DNA of 64,000 nucleotides, taken from Azolla caroliniana (taxonomy: Eukaryota; Plantae; Polypodiophyta). The stretch spans positions 16,802,001 through 16,866,000 of the forward strand of contig JBHGNT010000003.1 of the NCBI GenBank assembly GCA_043228905.1, in the 5' to 3' direction. The translations under genes were made by a program, and so were the position numbers. Below the pieces are notes generated by a model. The model did not search any database, was not told where the DNA came from, and was given only the letters and a program-made list of their open reading frames with translations. This document shows, piece by piece, positions 11,664 to 22,378 of the stretch; within the stretch, counting starts at the first letter, position 1, and every line of letters starts with the position of its first letter.

Positions 11664-14430
11664 ATGAACACACAAATAGGTAGCTCGCTCCCTAGTGAAA
11701 AGCTAGACCGGAGCAATTATTCATCTTGGGAGTACAAGATGACCCAATACCTCGTCGGCCAAGGGTATTGGAGCTACATCAACGACGCTCAAGAAAATCG
11801 ACCCGACTCAAAGAACGCCGACTACACAACATGGGAACAAGCGGCTAGTCGATTCATGTATTGCTTGGCAACATGTGTCCATGACCACATGCTTAGCCAC
11901 ATTCGAGACGCCAAGACGCCCAAAGAGGCGTGGGCGAACTTAAAGAAAATGTTCGCCGCCAACACAACCGCTCGAAAGCTTCAACTCCGACAAGAGTTGA
12001 ACAACATTCAGCAAAAAGACATGTTCGTGTCGGACTACACCGCCAAGATCAAGAGCATTTGCAACTCGCTTGGCTCCATCAAAATAAACGTTGACGAAGA
12101 CAAGATGGTTCAAGTATTCTTGGGTGGCCTCGCACAACGATTCGATCCATTACGGACGGCAATCTTGGCGAGAGAAAACCCTCCTTCGTTCTTCGACCTC
12201 CAATCAATGCTATTGGTCGAAGAGAAGCACGTCCGAACAAAGACCAAGAGATCGGACGGACAAATGTTCTTTTCGAATTCGGATGGTGGCTGAGGAGGAG
12301 GTCACAGCGGTAGAAGAGGCCAATTCGGCCCATTACACGAAGGGAACTCAAACCCTCACAGAAGCCATCAAGGAACCTTCGGAAGAAGGGGGAGCTTCCA
12401 CGCCGAACATGGTCGGCAAACGAGGCCTGCAACTTGCGATTATTATGGCAAAATCGACCACTATGAGGCGGAGTGTCGGAAAAAGAGAAGTGAGTCAACT
12501 TCAACAAGTCAACAACTCACAAACTACGCATCGAACTCCGACTACGACAATCGTAACGGAATGTTCACGAATCACGCATCGAATTCCGACTACGGCGACC
12601 GTGGTGGAATGTTCGTAATGAGGCATAGAGCTAACTCTATGATGGCCTCCAACTCCGCAAGCACCTCCAATTCAGAAGACGTGTGGTTCGTCAATTCCGG
12701 CGCCTCACATCACATGACATCCCACAAGGAGTGGTTCAATGACTTGCGTACACCGGATCAACCCGGCTACATAGAGACGGGAGACGACACCAGGCATCCC
12801 ATTTGGCACATCGGCAATGTCCCATTCGGGAAAGAAGGCGAGCAAACTTCCATCAAGAATGTCTTGCATGTGCCCACAATAACGAAGAATTTGGTCTCGA
12901 TCGGCCAAATCGTGGAGCAAGGCATGCAAGTCCACTTCAACAGCAAAGGTTGTTTCATTGAGAAAGATGGCCGACTCATAGCGAAGGGGCGGAGAGATGG
13001 TCGAATGTTCATCCTCGATTCGAACGAGGTGAAATTGGCAATGTGCGCCAAAGGTCTCAAAATCGAGACAACCATCAAGTTGTGGCACAAGAGAATCGGC
13101 CACATAAACCTCCAACGGCTTCGAGCGATGCAAACCAAGGGAGTCGTCATCAGACTTCTGACATTCTAGTCAAAATGAGTCGACCGAGTATGCGAAGCGT
13201 GTCAACTCGGCAAACAACATCGACTCCCATTCCTAAAGGAGAGCCACGCAAGCAAAGGCCTCCTCGACGTCATACACTCGGATGTATGGGGACCGGCTCA
13301 AACGCCAACGATCGGCGGATGCCGATACTACGTAACCTTCATCGACGACTACTCACGCTACGCATGGATCTACCCAATGAAGAAGAAGCGCGAAGTGTTC
13401 CCCACTTCCAAAAGCTCAAGCGTCAAGTCGAAAATGAAACCGGTCGGCACATTCGATGCCTACGATCGGATGGAGGCAAGGAGTACTTCTCCGATGAATT
13501 TACCTCCTACCTCCAAAGTGAAGACATTCGTAGAGAATTCTTGTGCCGACACACACCCCAACAAAATGGAGTAGCCAAAAAGAAGAATAGGCAAATACTC
13601 GAGGTAGCACGCACCATGATGCATGAGAAACACATGCCAAATTTCTATTGGGCCGAAGCGGCATCCACGTCCGTCTATCTCATGAACTGGTGCACCACCA
13701 ATGGAGTTCCTAAGCTAACTCCATACGAGCTCCTCGTTAGAAGGAAGCCGATCCTGTCGCACCTCAAGGTGTTCGGAAGCATTGCGAATGTAAGCATCCC
13801 GAACGAACAACGACAGAAGCCCGACGCGAAGTCGGAGGAATGTATCCTCATAGGATACTCATCCGAGAAGAAGGAATACAAGTGCTACAACCCTTCTACC
13901 CAAGTGGTTCGGGTAAGTCAAGACGTAGTCTTCGACGAGTTCGCATCTTGATACGCACCAGAGACAACTTCAACTCTTACTACGCTCGACCCGGAATCCG
14001 CCGAACAAGAGGTAGAAGATGGAGATCGCTTCAAACACATGTTCGAAGAATGTCCGATTATGGCAAGGCCTAGTGGGCCACAAGAGCCCCCACGCGACCC
14101 AAGCACGTCGTGGCCAAGTACGAACTTGGAGAAAGGCAAAGGTAAGATGCTCGAATATGAAGTCGATCACCCCGATGACATTGATTCGGATGTGTCGGTT
14201 CCCTCACTAGACAGTGAGTTCGGTGTACCCATCATACACATCTGGAGTAAAGAAGGCACTCACATCAGCGAGCAAAAAACTTCGATGCTCATCTAGAGCT
14301 AAGAACCCCATCACTCGGAATAGCTACAACGAGTACATGGCCTATCATTACGCCTTCGCAATGAAGGTAGCGGCCGAACAAGAGCCCAAGAGCTCCACCG
14401 AAGCGGCTCGTAACCCACGATGGGTGGAAG
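11664..14430 (+). pseudogene. gag-pol: Copia gag-protease-integrase of element C, with stops and frameshifts
   Basis: KLDRSNYSSW gag start, WFVNSGASHHMT protease, LWHKRIGH, CLRSDGGKEY and TPQQNGVA integrase motifs; ends at AARNPRWVE, where RT should begin. Confidence 0.9.
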
Positions 14431-15039
14431 TAGTCGACCTTCGCCCACACACTACAAACCTTCGTCATTGGCTTGAGGGGGAGGAACCGAGATTGCCACG
14501 ACGAAGAAAGCCGAAGGCCAAACGGTGTCATGATATGGCAAGACTCGAACCCATGACCTTATGTTATATGGGTTAAGTTCTTGACCATTATACCATCTAT
14601 TGTAATACGTAGGATATTTTCATTTAAGTTTTATTATAGGAAATTAATGTATATTCCAGATTTCTCTGGAACATTCTATAAGCTTTAGGATTACTCCTGA
14701 GAACACTATAAAAGAAGGCACTAGGCATTATGTTGAACCAAATTGGTTCAACGCTAGTCTTAGGCCTCATAGCCATCTTGTACTTACTCTTCCTATAATA
14801 TATCATATGTTATCATCATCTCTCTCTCTCATCCTCACTATCTCTCTCTCTCTCTCTCTTCTCTTCTCTTTCCTCCCTCTCGGGATTCTTACGCAATCCC
14901 ATCCTCTTAGTACTAATAGTACTTCCCTTCTCTAGTATTAATTCTCTCTCTGTTTTAGTATTATTCCTGACAGTTTGAACCAATTTTCCTCTCTAGTCTT
15001 TCTTTTGGTTTCCCTCATCCTCTTATCGTTTTCTATACA

Positions 15040-16816
15040 ATGGCTTCTATTAGCACCCAAGAATACCAATCCATTTTCTCCAAGCTATAGTGTCTAAAAG
15101 AAAAATTTGTTGCCTTGGAAAAAGAAAACCAATGGTTGTTAGGGGATCTTCAACAAATCGCCCTAGAAAAACAACAAACGCAGTAACAACATGGGGAGTT
15201 AGCGTTACGTGTGCAACAACTCGAAGCAGCGTTGCAACAACAAGGATCAAGTCCCCAAGGATTTCATAAAGAGCCCAGGATTGGACTTCCTGTGAAATTT
15301 GATGGAACGCGATCACAATTTAGGGGATTCCTCAATCAGGTACGCCTAGTCATTCAAATGCATTCGTCTCAATACCCCACTGATGCATCCTGAGTCGGCC
15401 TAATAGGCACGTTTCTTAGCGGCTCAGCCTTGGCATGGTTTGCTCCGCTTCTAGAAAAACAATCGCCCTTACTTAATAACTTTGAAGACTTTATTAGTGA
15501 GTTTAAAGCTTGCTTTGGAGATACAGACATCATCTGGACGGCGATCAACAAAATCCAACGATTGCGTCAAGGCAATCGTCCAACCTCTATCTTGTTGGGA
15601 GACAGGTCCCTCCGGATGGGAAGGGAGAAGAACAGTGCCGACGAACAAACTCGGCCGAGGCCGAAACGGTATGAGTACCCGGCTACGGAGAGCCGGATGG
15701 TGCAGGCCCGGTATGAACCGGATGAGTAGTACCCGGCTACGGAGAGCCGGATGGTGCAGGCCCGGTATGAACCGGAGGAAGAGACATATTCGTAAATATG
15801 TTTCTGAGAGCCCATTGTGGCTATATTTGTAAATAGCCGAAAAGTCATATTAGTATAAATATGACTTAGGGCAAACTAATATGTTGTTGTTATTCTTCCT
15901 TGTTGGTGCAAGAAGAAGAGAGAGCGCGTAACTGTACAGAGAGAGAGAGAGAGAACGAGGTCGTTGCCTCTGTTGTAACCGCCGCCTGTGGCGAAGATCG
16001 TGAGTCCGAGGTCGTTGCCTCCGTGTACTCACTGTTTTGTACATTCATACATAGTGATAGTTTGCAGCCTGTGAGCTGCCGTGGTTTTTCCCCTAGTTTG
16101 GGGTTTTCCACATTAACCTCCTGTGTACCATTTGTCTTCCTCTTTGTGTCGTGTTCTATTTCCCATTTTTCTGTGTATGAAAATAATCTCGGTTGTGGCC
16201 GAGCGTTGCGCATAAGGAACGTTTGGGTTCCCGTCATATCTACGTGGAGGATTTCCATCTACTCACTTCAGATATCCCCTGGGATGATCAGGCACTAATG
16301 GAGCAGTTTCGCTATGGCCTGCGAAACGATGTCAAAGATCTACTTCTAACCTTCCCCGAAGAACCAAAGTCTCTTACGGAGGCAATCAGTCGAGCGGTCT
16401 GATGAGACAACCGCCTTTTCGAATGACGTTCGGAATGTCAATTACAAATACCACGCTCTAGGCCGGAGCCCACTTACGCCTCAGTCGCGGCTAAACCGTT
16501 TGCACGAGACATACCTCAAGCAAATACTCTTACACTGATGGAGATCGACACCATGCGTCAACATGGCCCGTTATCGAAAGAAGAAAAGCAACGACGACGT
16601 GCAAATCGATTATATCTTTATTGCGGTGGACTAGGGCATATCGCAATCAATTGTCCCCATAGGCCAAGAAGATAAGTAAATCAAATCGTAGCCTGTACTA
16701 AACCCGAGTCAATTCTTCCCTTAGGAGTGTCTGATAGTATTAATAGTACTAATAGCCCAAGTATCTCAAACAAATTTGAAATCCTTAGTCAATTAGATGA
16801 AGAGTTAAACGATTGA
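15040..16816 (+). pseudogene. gag: gag of element D, interrupted by a solo LTR
   Basis: LPVKFDGTRSQFRGFLNQV, WDDQALMEQFRYGLRNDVKD, decayed zinc knuckle near 16610-16660; several stops. Confidence 0.85.
15593..16236 (+). mobile_element. Solo Copia-type LTR (644 bp)
   Basis: TG...CA with perfect TSD TATCT (15588-15592, 16237-16241); related to the LTRs at 9963 and 28539; internal ~50-bp tandem duplication at about 15673-15776. Confidence 0.92.
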
Positions 16817-16881
16817 GTCTAGCCAAAATAGGAGCCGTTTGGTTGGACAACCCTAGATCCGTACAGCCCATTAGTGGTTCC

Positions 16882-19800
16882 TGTTGGAGACAAAGTCGTC
16901 AGTGCGGAAGATCAAGGAGCATTCGAGTGCTGCTGAATACCTGCGTATGACTGTTTCTATGTCGTTGCACTGAGAGAGAGTGAGAGAGAGAGAGAGGGAC
17001 ACAAAAGAGTTTCTTATTTCATAAAGTAATAATACAACATCCAACCTTACAAAAAGGTTACAAGGTCACTATATATAGTGACCGACTTAGGGCAACTACC
17101 CTTTATGCTAATTACATAAATGGCCAAAACGGGATAGTGTGAATACGTCCATTATACACATGTATTCGACACTCCCCCGTAATGGGCGTATACATGGGTT
17201 ATCTAAGATTACAGGTATAGACTTAGGTTCTCGGACATATCAGCTTTGTTCGAGTCGGCAGGGTCCGAAGGCAGAAGACCGAACTGGTCGGGTCGGAACA
17301 GTTGAAGCCGATCATTAAGGAACTGATGTCGGTTGTCGGAAACCATCCTGCGCTGTGTCCGGCTCTAACCGGACTGGTTTGTCGTTACGCCCATCTGATG
17401 CCGAAGAGACCGAAAGCGGTCTGCCGAAAGACACTTGGTCATTCCATCTGCGACATTGTCGGTTGTGGATATTTTCTCTAGACCGATTTTCCCTGAAATG
17501 ACGCAGTCCCGAACGAAGTGATATCGAACGTCGATATGTTTGGAGGCGTTGTGGTGAACCGGATTTTTCGACAGGGCAACAGCACCTTGACTGTCGCTGT
17601 AGACAACTGGAGCTGAGTCATGGTCGACTTGTCGAAACGTGTGCGCCAGCCGACCGAGCCACAAAGCTTCTTTTGCTGCGTCGGACGCAGCTACATATTC
17701 TGCTTCGGTTGTTGAGGTCGCTGTGCACTCCTGAAGTTTCGACTTCCACGAGATTGCTCCATTGCCGAATTTGAAGCAGTATCCGGTTGTTGATTTTCGA
17801 CTGTCTATACAGCCGGCGAAATCCGAGTCGGTGTAACCGACTACGCCTGAGGTTCGGTTCGGACCGAAAAGAATGCCATGGTCTTTTGTGCCAACCAGAT
17901 ATCTGAACACATGCTTGACTACGTTCCAATGCGATCGGCCAGGATTGTGCATAAATCTGCTAACGACTCCTACGGCATGAGAGATATCAGGCCGTGTCGC
18001 GACCATCAGGTACATAAGGGAGCCGACTGCCGGTGCATACGGTACCGACTTCATATCTTCCCCCTCCGGACCGGATGCCGGGCAGTCTCGCTGAGAGAGC
18101 CGAAGATTCATGGGGAGCGGGGTTGAAGCAGATTTGGCTGATTGCATGTTGAAGCGTTCCAAGACACGTCCGATGTAGTCGGTCTGAGACAAAAAAAGGT
18201 GTCGTTTATCGCGATGCCGACTAATCTTCATGCCGAGTATGTGTCGTGCCGGACCGAGGTCCTTCATGGCAAACTTCAACCGCAGTTGCCGAACGAGATC
18301 GGCAAGTTCGCCCGCGTGGCGTCCAGAAATTAGCATGTCGTCCACGTAAATGATGAGGAAGATGGGTGATCCATCTTGAGCTGTGTTGGTAAAGAGACAA
18401 TGGTCCTCATCGCTTTTTGAGAAGCCGATCGATTGGATGAAGTCGTCGAACTTCTTGTACCATTGTCGCGGTGCCTGTTTGAGGCCGTATAGACTCTTCC
18501 TGAGTCGGCAGACTAGATGTTCTTGGCCAGGTGCCACGAAGCCTTTTGGCTGCTCCATATAAATTTCCTCCTCGAGATCACCATGGAGGAAGGCTGTTTT
18601 GACATCTAGCTGAATCAGCTCCAAGTTGTCGGCTGCCACTACGCCGAGCAGAAAACGAAGGGTTGTCATTTTCACCACTGGTGAGAAAATCTCGTCGAAG
18701 TCGACGCCATATTCTTGTCGGAAGCCCTTCGCAACTAATCTGGCCTTGTACTTTGGGGTGGTCGAATCAGACGTCTCTTTTAGTCGATAAACCCACTTGC
18801 AAGGAAGAGCACGTCGGTTCCTAGGTAATTCGACCAGATCCCAAGTCTTGTTTGCCCGAATGGAGTGCATTTCCGACTCCATCGCCAGATGCCAGGTGGC
18901 GGAATCGACAGATGTCGATGCTTCTTCGTAAGACGTCGGTTCGCCGGCGTCGGTGAAGAAAATTCCAGGAGAATACCTCTCCGGAGGTTGCGACAGTCTC
19001 TCGGATCGTCGAGGTATGATTGGACTGGTCGCATCGGGTATCGTGGTCGGATGGTCCGAAAGCGAGTTGTTCTGCTGTGCCGAGTCGGAGTTGTCCGAGT
19101 CGGTAGAGTAAGGTTCAGCTACCCGTGAAGCTGACCGTGTGTTGAGAGCGGGGCCTTCTTGAAGGGTCGGCACATCGGAAAATGTTACCCTTCGGACTTC
19201 GATTGGTTTTTCGACGGATGGGTTCATAGCCGACTCGTTGAACACAACGTCCGAACTTCGAACGATTTGCCTGCGTTCGGGGTCCCAGAGTCGGTATCCC
19301 ATTTCGCCGTCGGATCCATATCCAAGGAAAATGCATTTCCTGGACCGAGGTGCAAGTTTTCGGCGATCATCTTTCGGAATGAGGGCGTACGCCTCGCATC
19401 CGAAGATCCTCAGCTTGTCGTAATTCGGCTTACTGCCGATCCATAGTTCCTGAGGAATTTGAAGTCCTAGAGGTCTACTTGGCGACATATTGATTATGTG
19501 TACTGCCGTGAGTAGAGCCTCTGCCCAGAAGCCATCCGACAGTTCGGAGTGTTGGAGCATGGAAACTGTCCGTTCTTGGATTGTCCGATTCATTCGTTCT
19601 GCAATCCCGTTTTGCTCCGGACTGTGTGGTGCCGTAAGTTCACGTCGGATGCCGCGTTGTCGGCAGAATTTGACGAATTCTTCGGATTTAAACTCTCCCC
19701 CGTTGTCGGTTCGAAAGCATTTCAGCTTTCGGTCGGTTTGATTTTCCACCATAGCGAGCCAATCGGTGAAGATCGAGAAGACACGATCTTTGGTGCGAAT

Positions 19801-22349
19801 TGGATAAGCCCACACCTTTCGAGTCGAATCGTCAATAAAACTGACGAAGTAAGAGGCACCGCCAAGAGACTGATGCGGCATTGGGCCACAGACGTCCGAG
19901 TGGACCAAATCGAGAGGTCTCGTTTCTCTTGGTGCTGATGTCGGGTGTGATGCGGCTGCTTGTTTGCCATACTGGCAATGCTCGCAGAATTGATGGTCGG
20001 AGAAGGAGAGTTTCGGGATGTATCCGGCTCTAGATAGGTGCGTGATGCCGGCCTTGCTGAGGTGTCCTAATCTTCTGTGCCATAGTGATGACACAGGAAT
20101 ATCCACCAAAAACAGGTTACCCTCTCTGAGCGTAACATGTAACGGATACAGGGAGTGTATCTTGGGTCCTCTAGCAAGCAGGAGGTTCCCCCTGTGGAGT
20201 GTCCACCCTCCCGAAGAAAAACCGGCACGAATGCCGTCTTCATCTAGTTGTCCGACTGAGATCAATGGCCTTGAGAGCTCGGGTACGTGTCGGACATTGT
20301 GGAGTACAAGTGTAGAGCCACCTGCAAGGTTGAGCTCTACTGTGCCGATTCCGATGATGTCACAGTGTTGCGAGTTACCGACTCGAACTGAGTCGGAGTG
20401 ACGGATCGTATATTGCCGAAATTGGGATCGATGAGGAGTCACGTGAAATGACGCGCCCGAATCCAAGAGCCATGTGCTCGATTCTTCAGTCGTGAGCAGA
20501 ACTTCTGATCCGACTGGATTTTCGATTGATAGGATATTTGGGTCGTCTGGTAGCACATCAGCCGAGAAGCTGACGTAATTGATCTCCTCATGCCGGCCAC
20601 TCTTCTTGTTGTTCTTGTTCTTGAGTGCGCGGCAGTCGGCTTTGATGTGTCCGGGTTTCTTGCAGTAGTTGCAGATTCGGTTATCCCGTGACTGGCTCCG
20701 TCTTCGCTGATTGTTCGGCGGCCGTGAGGAATCTCTTCCTCGTATGTTCGATCGGTCTGTCGAACCTTGTACTACGTAAGCGTCGTCTGTTGAGTCTTTG
20801 GCGAAAGACTTTCTCCGAGCTGCTTCGGTCAGGATTGCGCTCGTGACTTCGGAGTATTTAACAGCCGTGGTTGACGCGTTGCACACGGTTGTGACGAAAG
20901 TTTCCCATGATGAGGGAAGGCTGCTCATGAGTATCATTGCTCTGAGTTCATCCTCGATTGCCGTCCCCTGTGACGAGATTTGGGAGCTTATGCTTTCGTA
21001 CTCATTGAGGTGTGCTTGAACCGAATCAGATTCTTTCATCCGCAAGTTGTAGAGGCGCCGGATCAGAAACATCTTCGTTGCGGCGACCTTCTTTTCGTAA
21101 GTGTCCGACAGTGTTTTCCATAGTTCGAATGCTGTCGTACACGATTGCACCGTAAAGTATACCGATTCCGATAGGTGCATCCGAATCGTGGCGCGGACAA
21201 TTCTGTCCAGCTTCTGCCACTCAATTGGTTTGTATCCTTCTGGAGGTTCTTCATTTTCGATGGGATCGATTTGCCCCTTGACTATGAGATAGTCCTGCAT
21301 TTGCTCCTTCCAGAAGTTGAAGTTCGATCCATCGAACTTTCGTAGACTCATTTCTGACGAGCCGGATGTTGATGCCATCAAATTTGGTTTCGGTTGACGA
21401 AGCTCGGTTCGGAGTTGACTACGAGCCTTGTTGGAGTGCAGCCGGTTGGCTCACCCGATATTGCTCTAGTCGGATTTGAACCCGAGTCGGTTCGGCTTCG
21501 GAACTTGCTCGAATTGACTCCGGTAGCTTGAGGGGCAGAACCAACTGGTCTTCCCGAATGTTGCCGAGTCGGAGTGAGCCCGGTTCGCTTCGGATATATA
21601 TGCCGAATACCGATTATTGAAACCGATTATCTGGACCGATTCTGCTTCGGTTGACTGCAGCAACGAGAGAGACGGATCCAACTGATCCTCTCGAATGTCG
21701 ATCAGCCGGATGAAGCGCGAATTGGGGTTGTTGTCTTGAGACCGATCTGCACCGAGTGGTTACAACGAGCAGCGAGCAGCGTTTAATGACCTTTTCGGAT
21801 GCCGTTTAACCGAATGGAGCACGATCGTGTCAATGATGCACAAGGGGATTTCACCTCGAGCGGTTACGATCACAAGGAACAGAGTACAACCTGATGGCTT
21901 ACTCCAAGCAAGAGGATCTAACGCGATGAGGTGCAAACCTCGTTTTTGTTCTTCTTCTCTCTTTCTTCGAATGACGCAGGAAACCGAATGTTGTGCAGGC
22001 TGAGACGATGGCCGACAGCGGATTGAGGGACCGAATGCTGTGCAAGCTCTGATACCAGATGTTGGAGACAAAGTCGTCAGTGCGGAAGATCAAGGAGCAT
22101 TCGAGTGCTGCTGAATACCTGCGTATGACTGTTTCTATGTCGTTGCACTGAGAGAGAGTGAGAGAGAGAGAGAGGGACACAAAAGAGTTTCTTATTTCAT
22201 AAAGTAATAATACAACATCCAACCTTACAAAAAGGTTACAAGGTCACTATATATAGTGACCGACTTAGGGCAACTACCCTTTATGCTAATTACATAAATG
22301 GCCAAAACGGGATAGTGTGAATACGTCCATTATACACATGTATTCGACA
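16882..22349 (-). mobile_element. Intact Ty1/Copia element G, LTRs 16882-17171 and 22060-22349 (290 bp)
   Basis: LTRs read identical by eye; perfect TSD GTTCC; PBS TGGTATCAGAGC (22046-22057, minus strand); PPT adjacent to the left LTR. Confidence 0.98.
17365..21381 (-). CDS. gag-pol: Copia Gag-Pol polyprotein, 1338 aa, uninterrupted
   Basis: CNYCKKPGHIKADC knuckle, WLLDSGAS protease, HHCC plus DDE integrase, YVDD RT, DSDFAG RNaseH, in Copia domain order. Confidence 0.97.
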   Translation of the reverse strand: MMASTSGSSEMSLRKFDGSNFNFWKEQMQDYLIVKGQIDPIENEEPPEGYKPIEWQKLDRIVRATIRMHLSESVYFTVQSCTTAFELWKTLSDTYEKKVAATKMFLIRRLYNLRMKESDSVQAHLNEYESISSQISSQGTAIEDELRAMILMSSLPSSWETFVTTVCNASTTAVKYSEVTSAILTEAARRKSFAKDSTDDAYVVQGSTDRSNIRGRDSSRPPNNQRRRSQSRDNRICNYCKKPGHIKADCRALKNKNNKKSGRHEEINYVSFSADVLPDDPNILSIENPVGSEVLLTTEESSTWLLDSGASFHVTPHRSQFRQYTIRHSDSVRVGNSQHCDIIGIGTVELNLAGGSTLVLHNVRHVPELSRPLISVGQLDEDGIRAGFSSGGWTLHRGNLLLARGPKIHSLYPLHVTLREGNLFLVDIPVSSLWHRRLGHLSKAGITHLSRAGYIPKLSFSDHQFCEHCQYGKQAAASHPTSAPRETRPLDLVHSDVCGPMPHQSLGGASYFVSFIDDSTRKVWAYPIRTKDRVFSIFTDWLAMVENQTDRKLKCFRTDNGGEFKSEEFVKFCRQRGIRRELTAPHSPEQNGIAERMNRTIQERTVSMLQHSELSDGFWAEALLTAVHIINMSPSRPLGLQIPQELWIGSKPNYDKLRIFGCEAYALIPKDDRRKLAPRSRKCIFLGYGSDGEMGYRLWDPERRQIVRSSDVVFNESAMNPSVEKPIEVRRVTFSDVPTLQEGPALNTRSASRVAEPYSTDSDNSDSAQQNNSLSDHPTTIPDATSPIIPRRSERLSQPPERYSPGIFFTDAGEPTSYEEASTSVDSATWHLAMESEMHSIRANKTWDLVELPRNRRALPCKWVYRLKETSDSTTPKYKARLVAKGFRQEYGVDFDEIFSPVVKMTTLRFLLGVVAADNLELIQLDVKTAFLHGDLEEEIYMEQPKGFVAPGQEHLVCRLRKSLYGLKQAPRQWYKKFDDFIQSIGFSKSDEDHCLFTNTAQDGSPIFLIIYVDDMLISGRHAGELADLVRQLRLKFAMKDLGPARHILGMKISRHRDKRHLFLSQTDYIGRVLERFNMQSAKSASTPLPMNLRLSQRDCPASGPEGEDMKSVPYAPAVGSLMYLMVATRPDISHAVGVVSRFMHNPGRSHWNVVKHVFRYLVGTKDHGILFGPNRTSGVVGYTDSDFAGCIDSRKSTTGYCFKFGNGAISWKSKLQECTATSTTEAEYVAASDAAKEALWLGRLAHTFRQVDHDSAPVVYSDSQGAVALSKNPVHHNASKHIDVRYHFVRDCVISGKIGLEKISTTDNVADGMTKCLSADRFRSLRHQMGVTTNQSG

Positions 22350-22378
22350 GTTCCATTCCCTCCAAGAAAGTTAGCAAT

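Noticed and set aside
14531-14600. Functional tRNA genes at the LTR starts
   Set aside because: The anticodon arms are not canonical, so these are reported only as tRNA-like modules.
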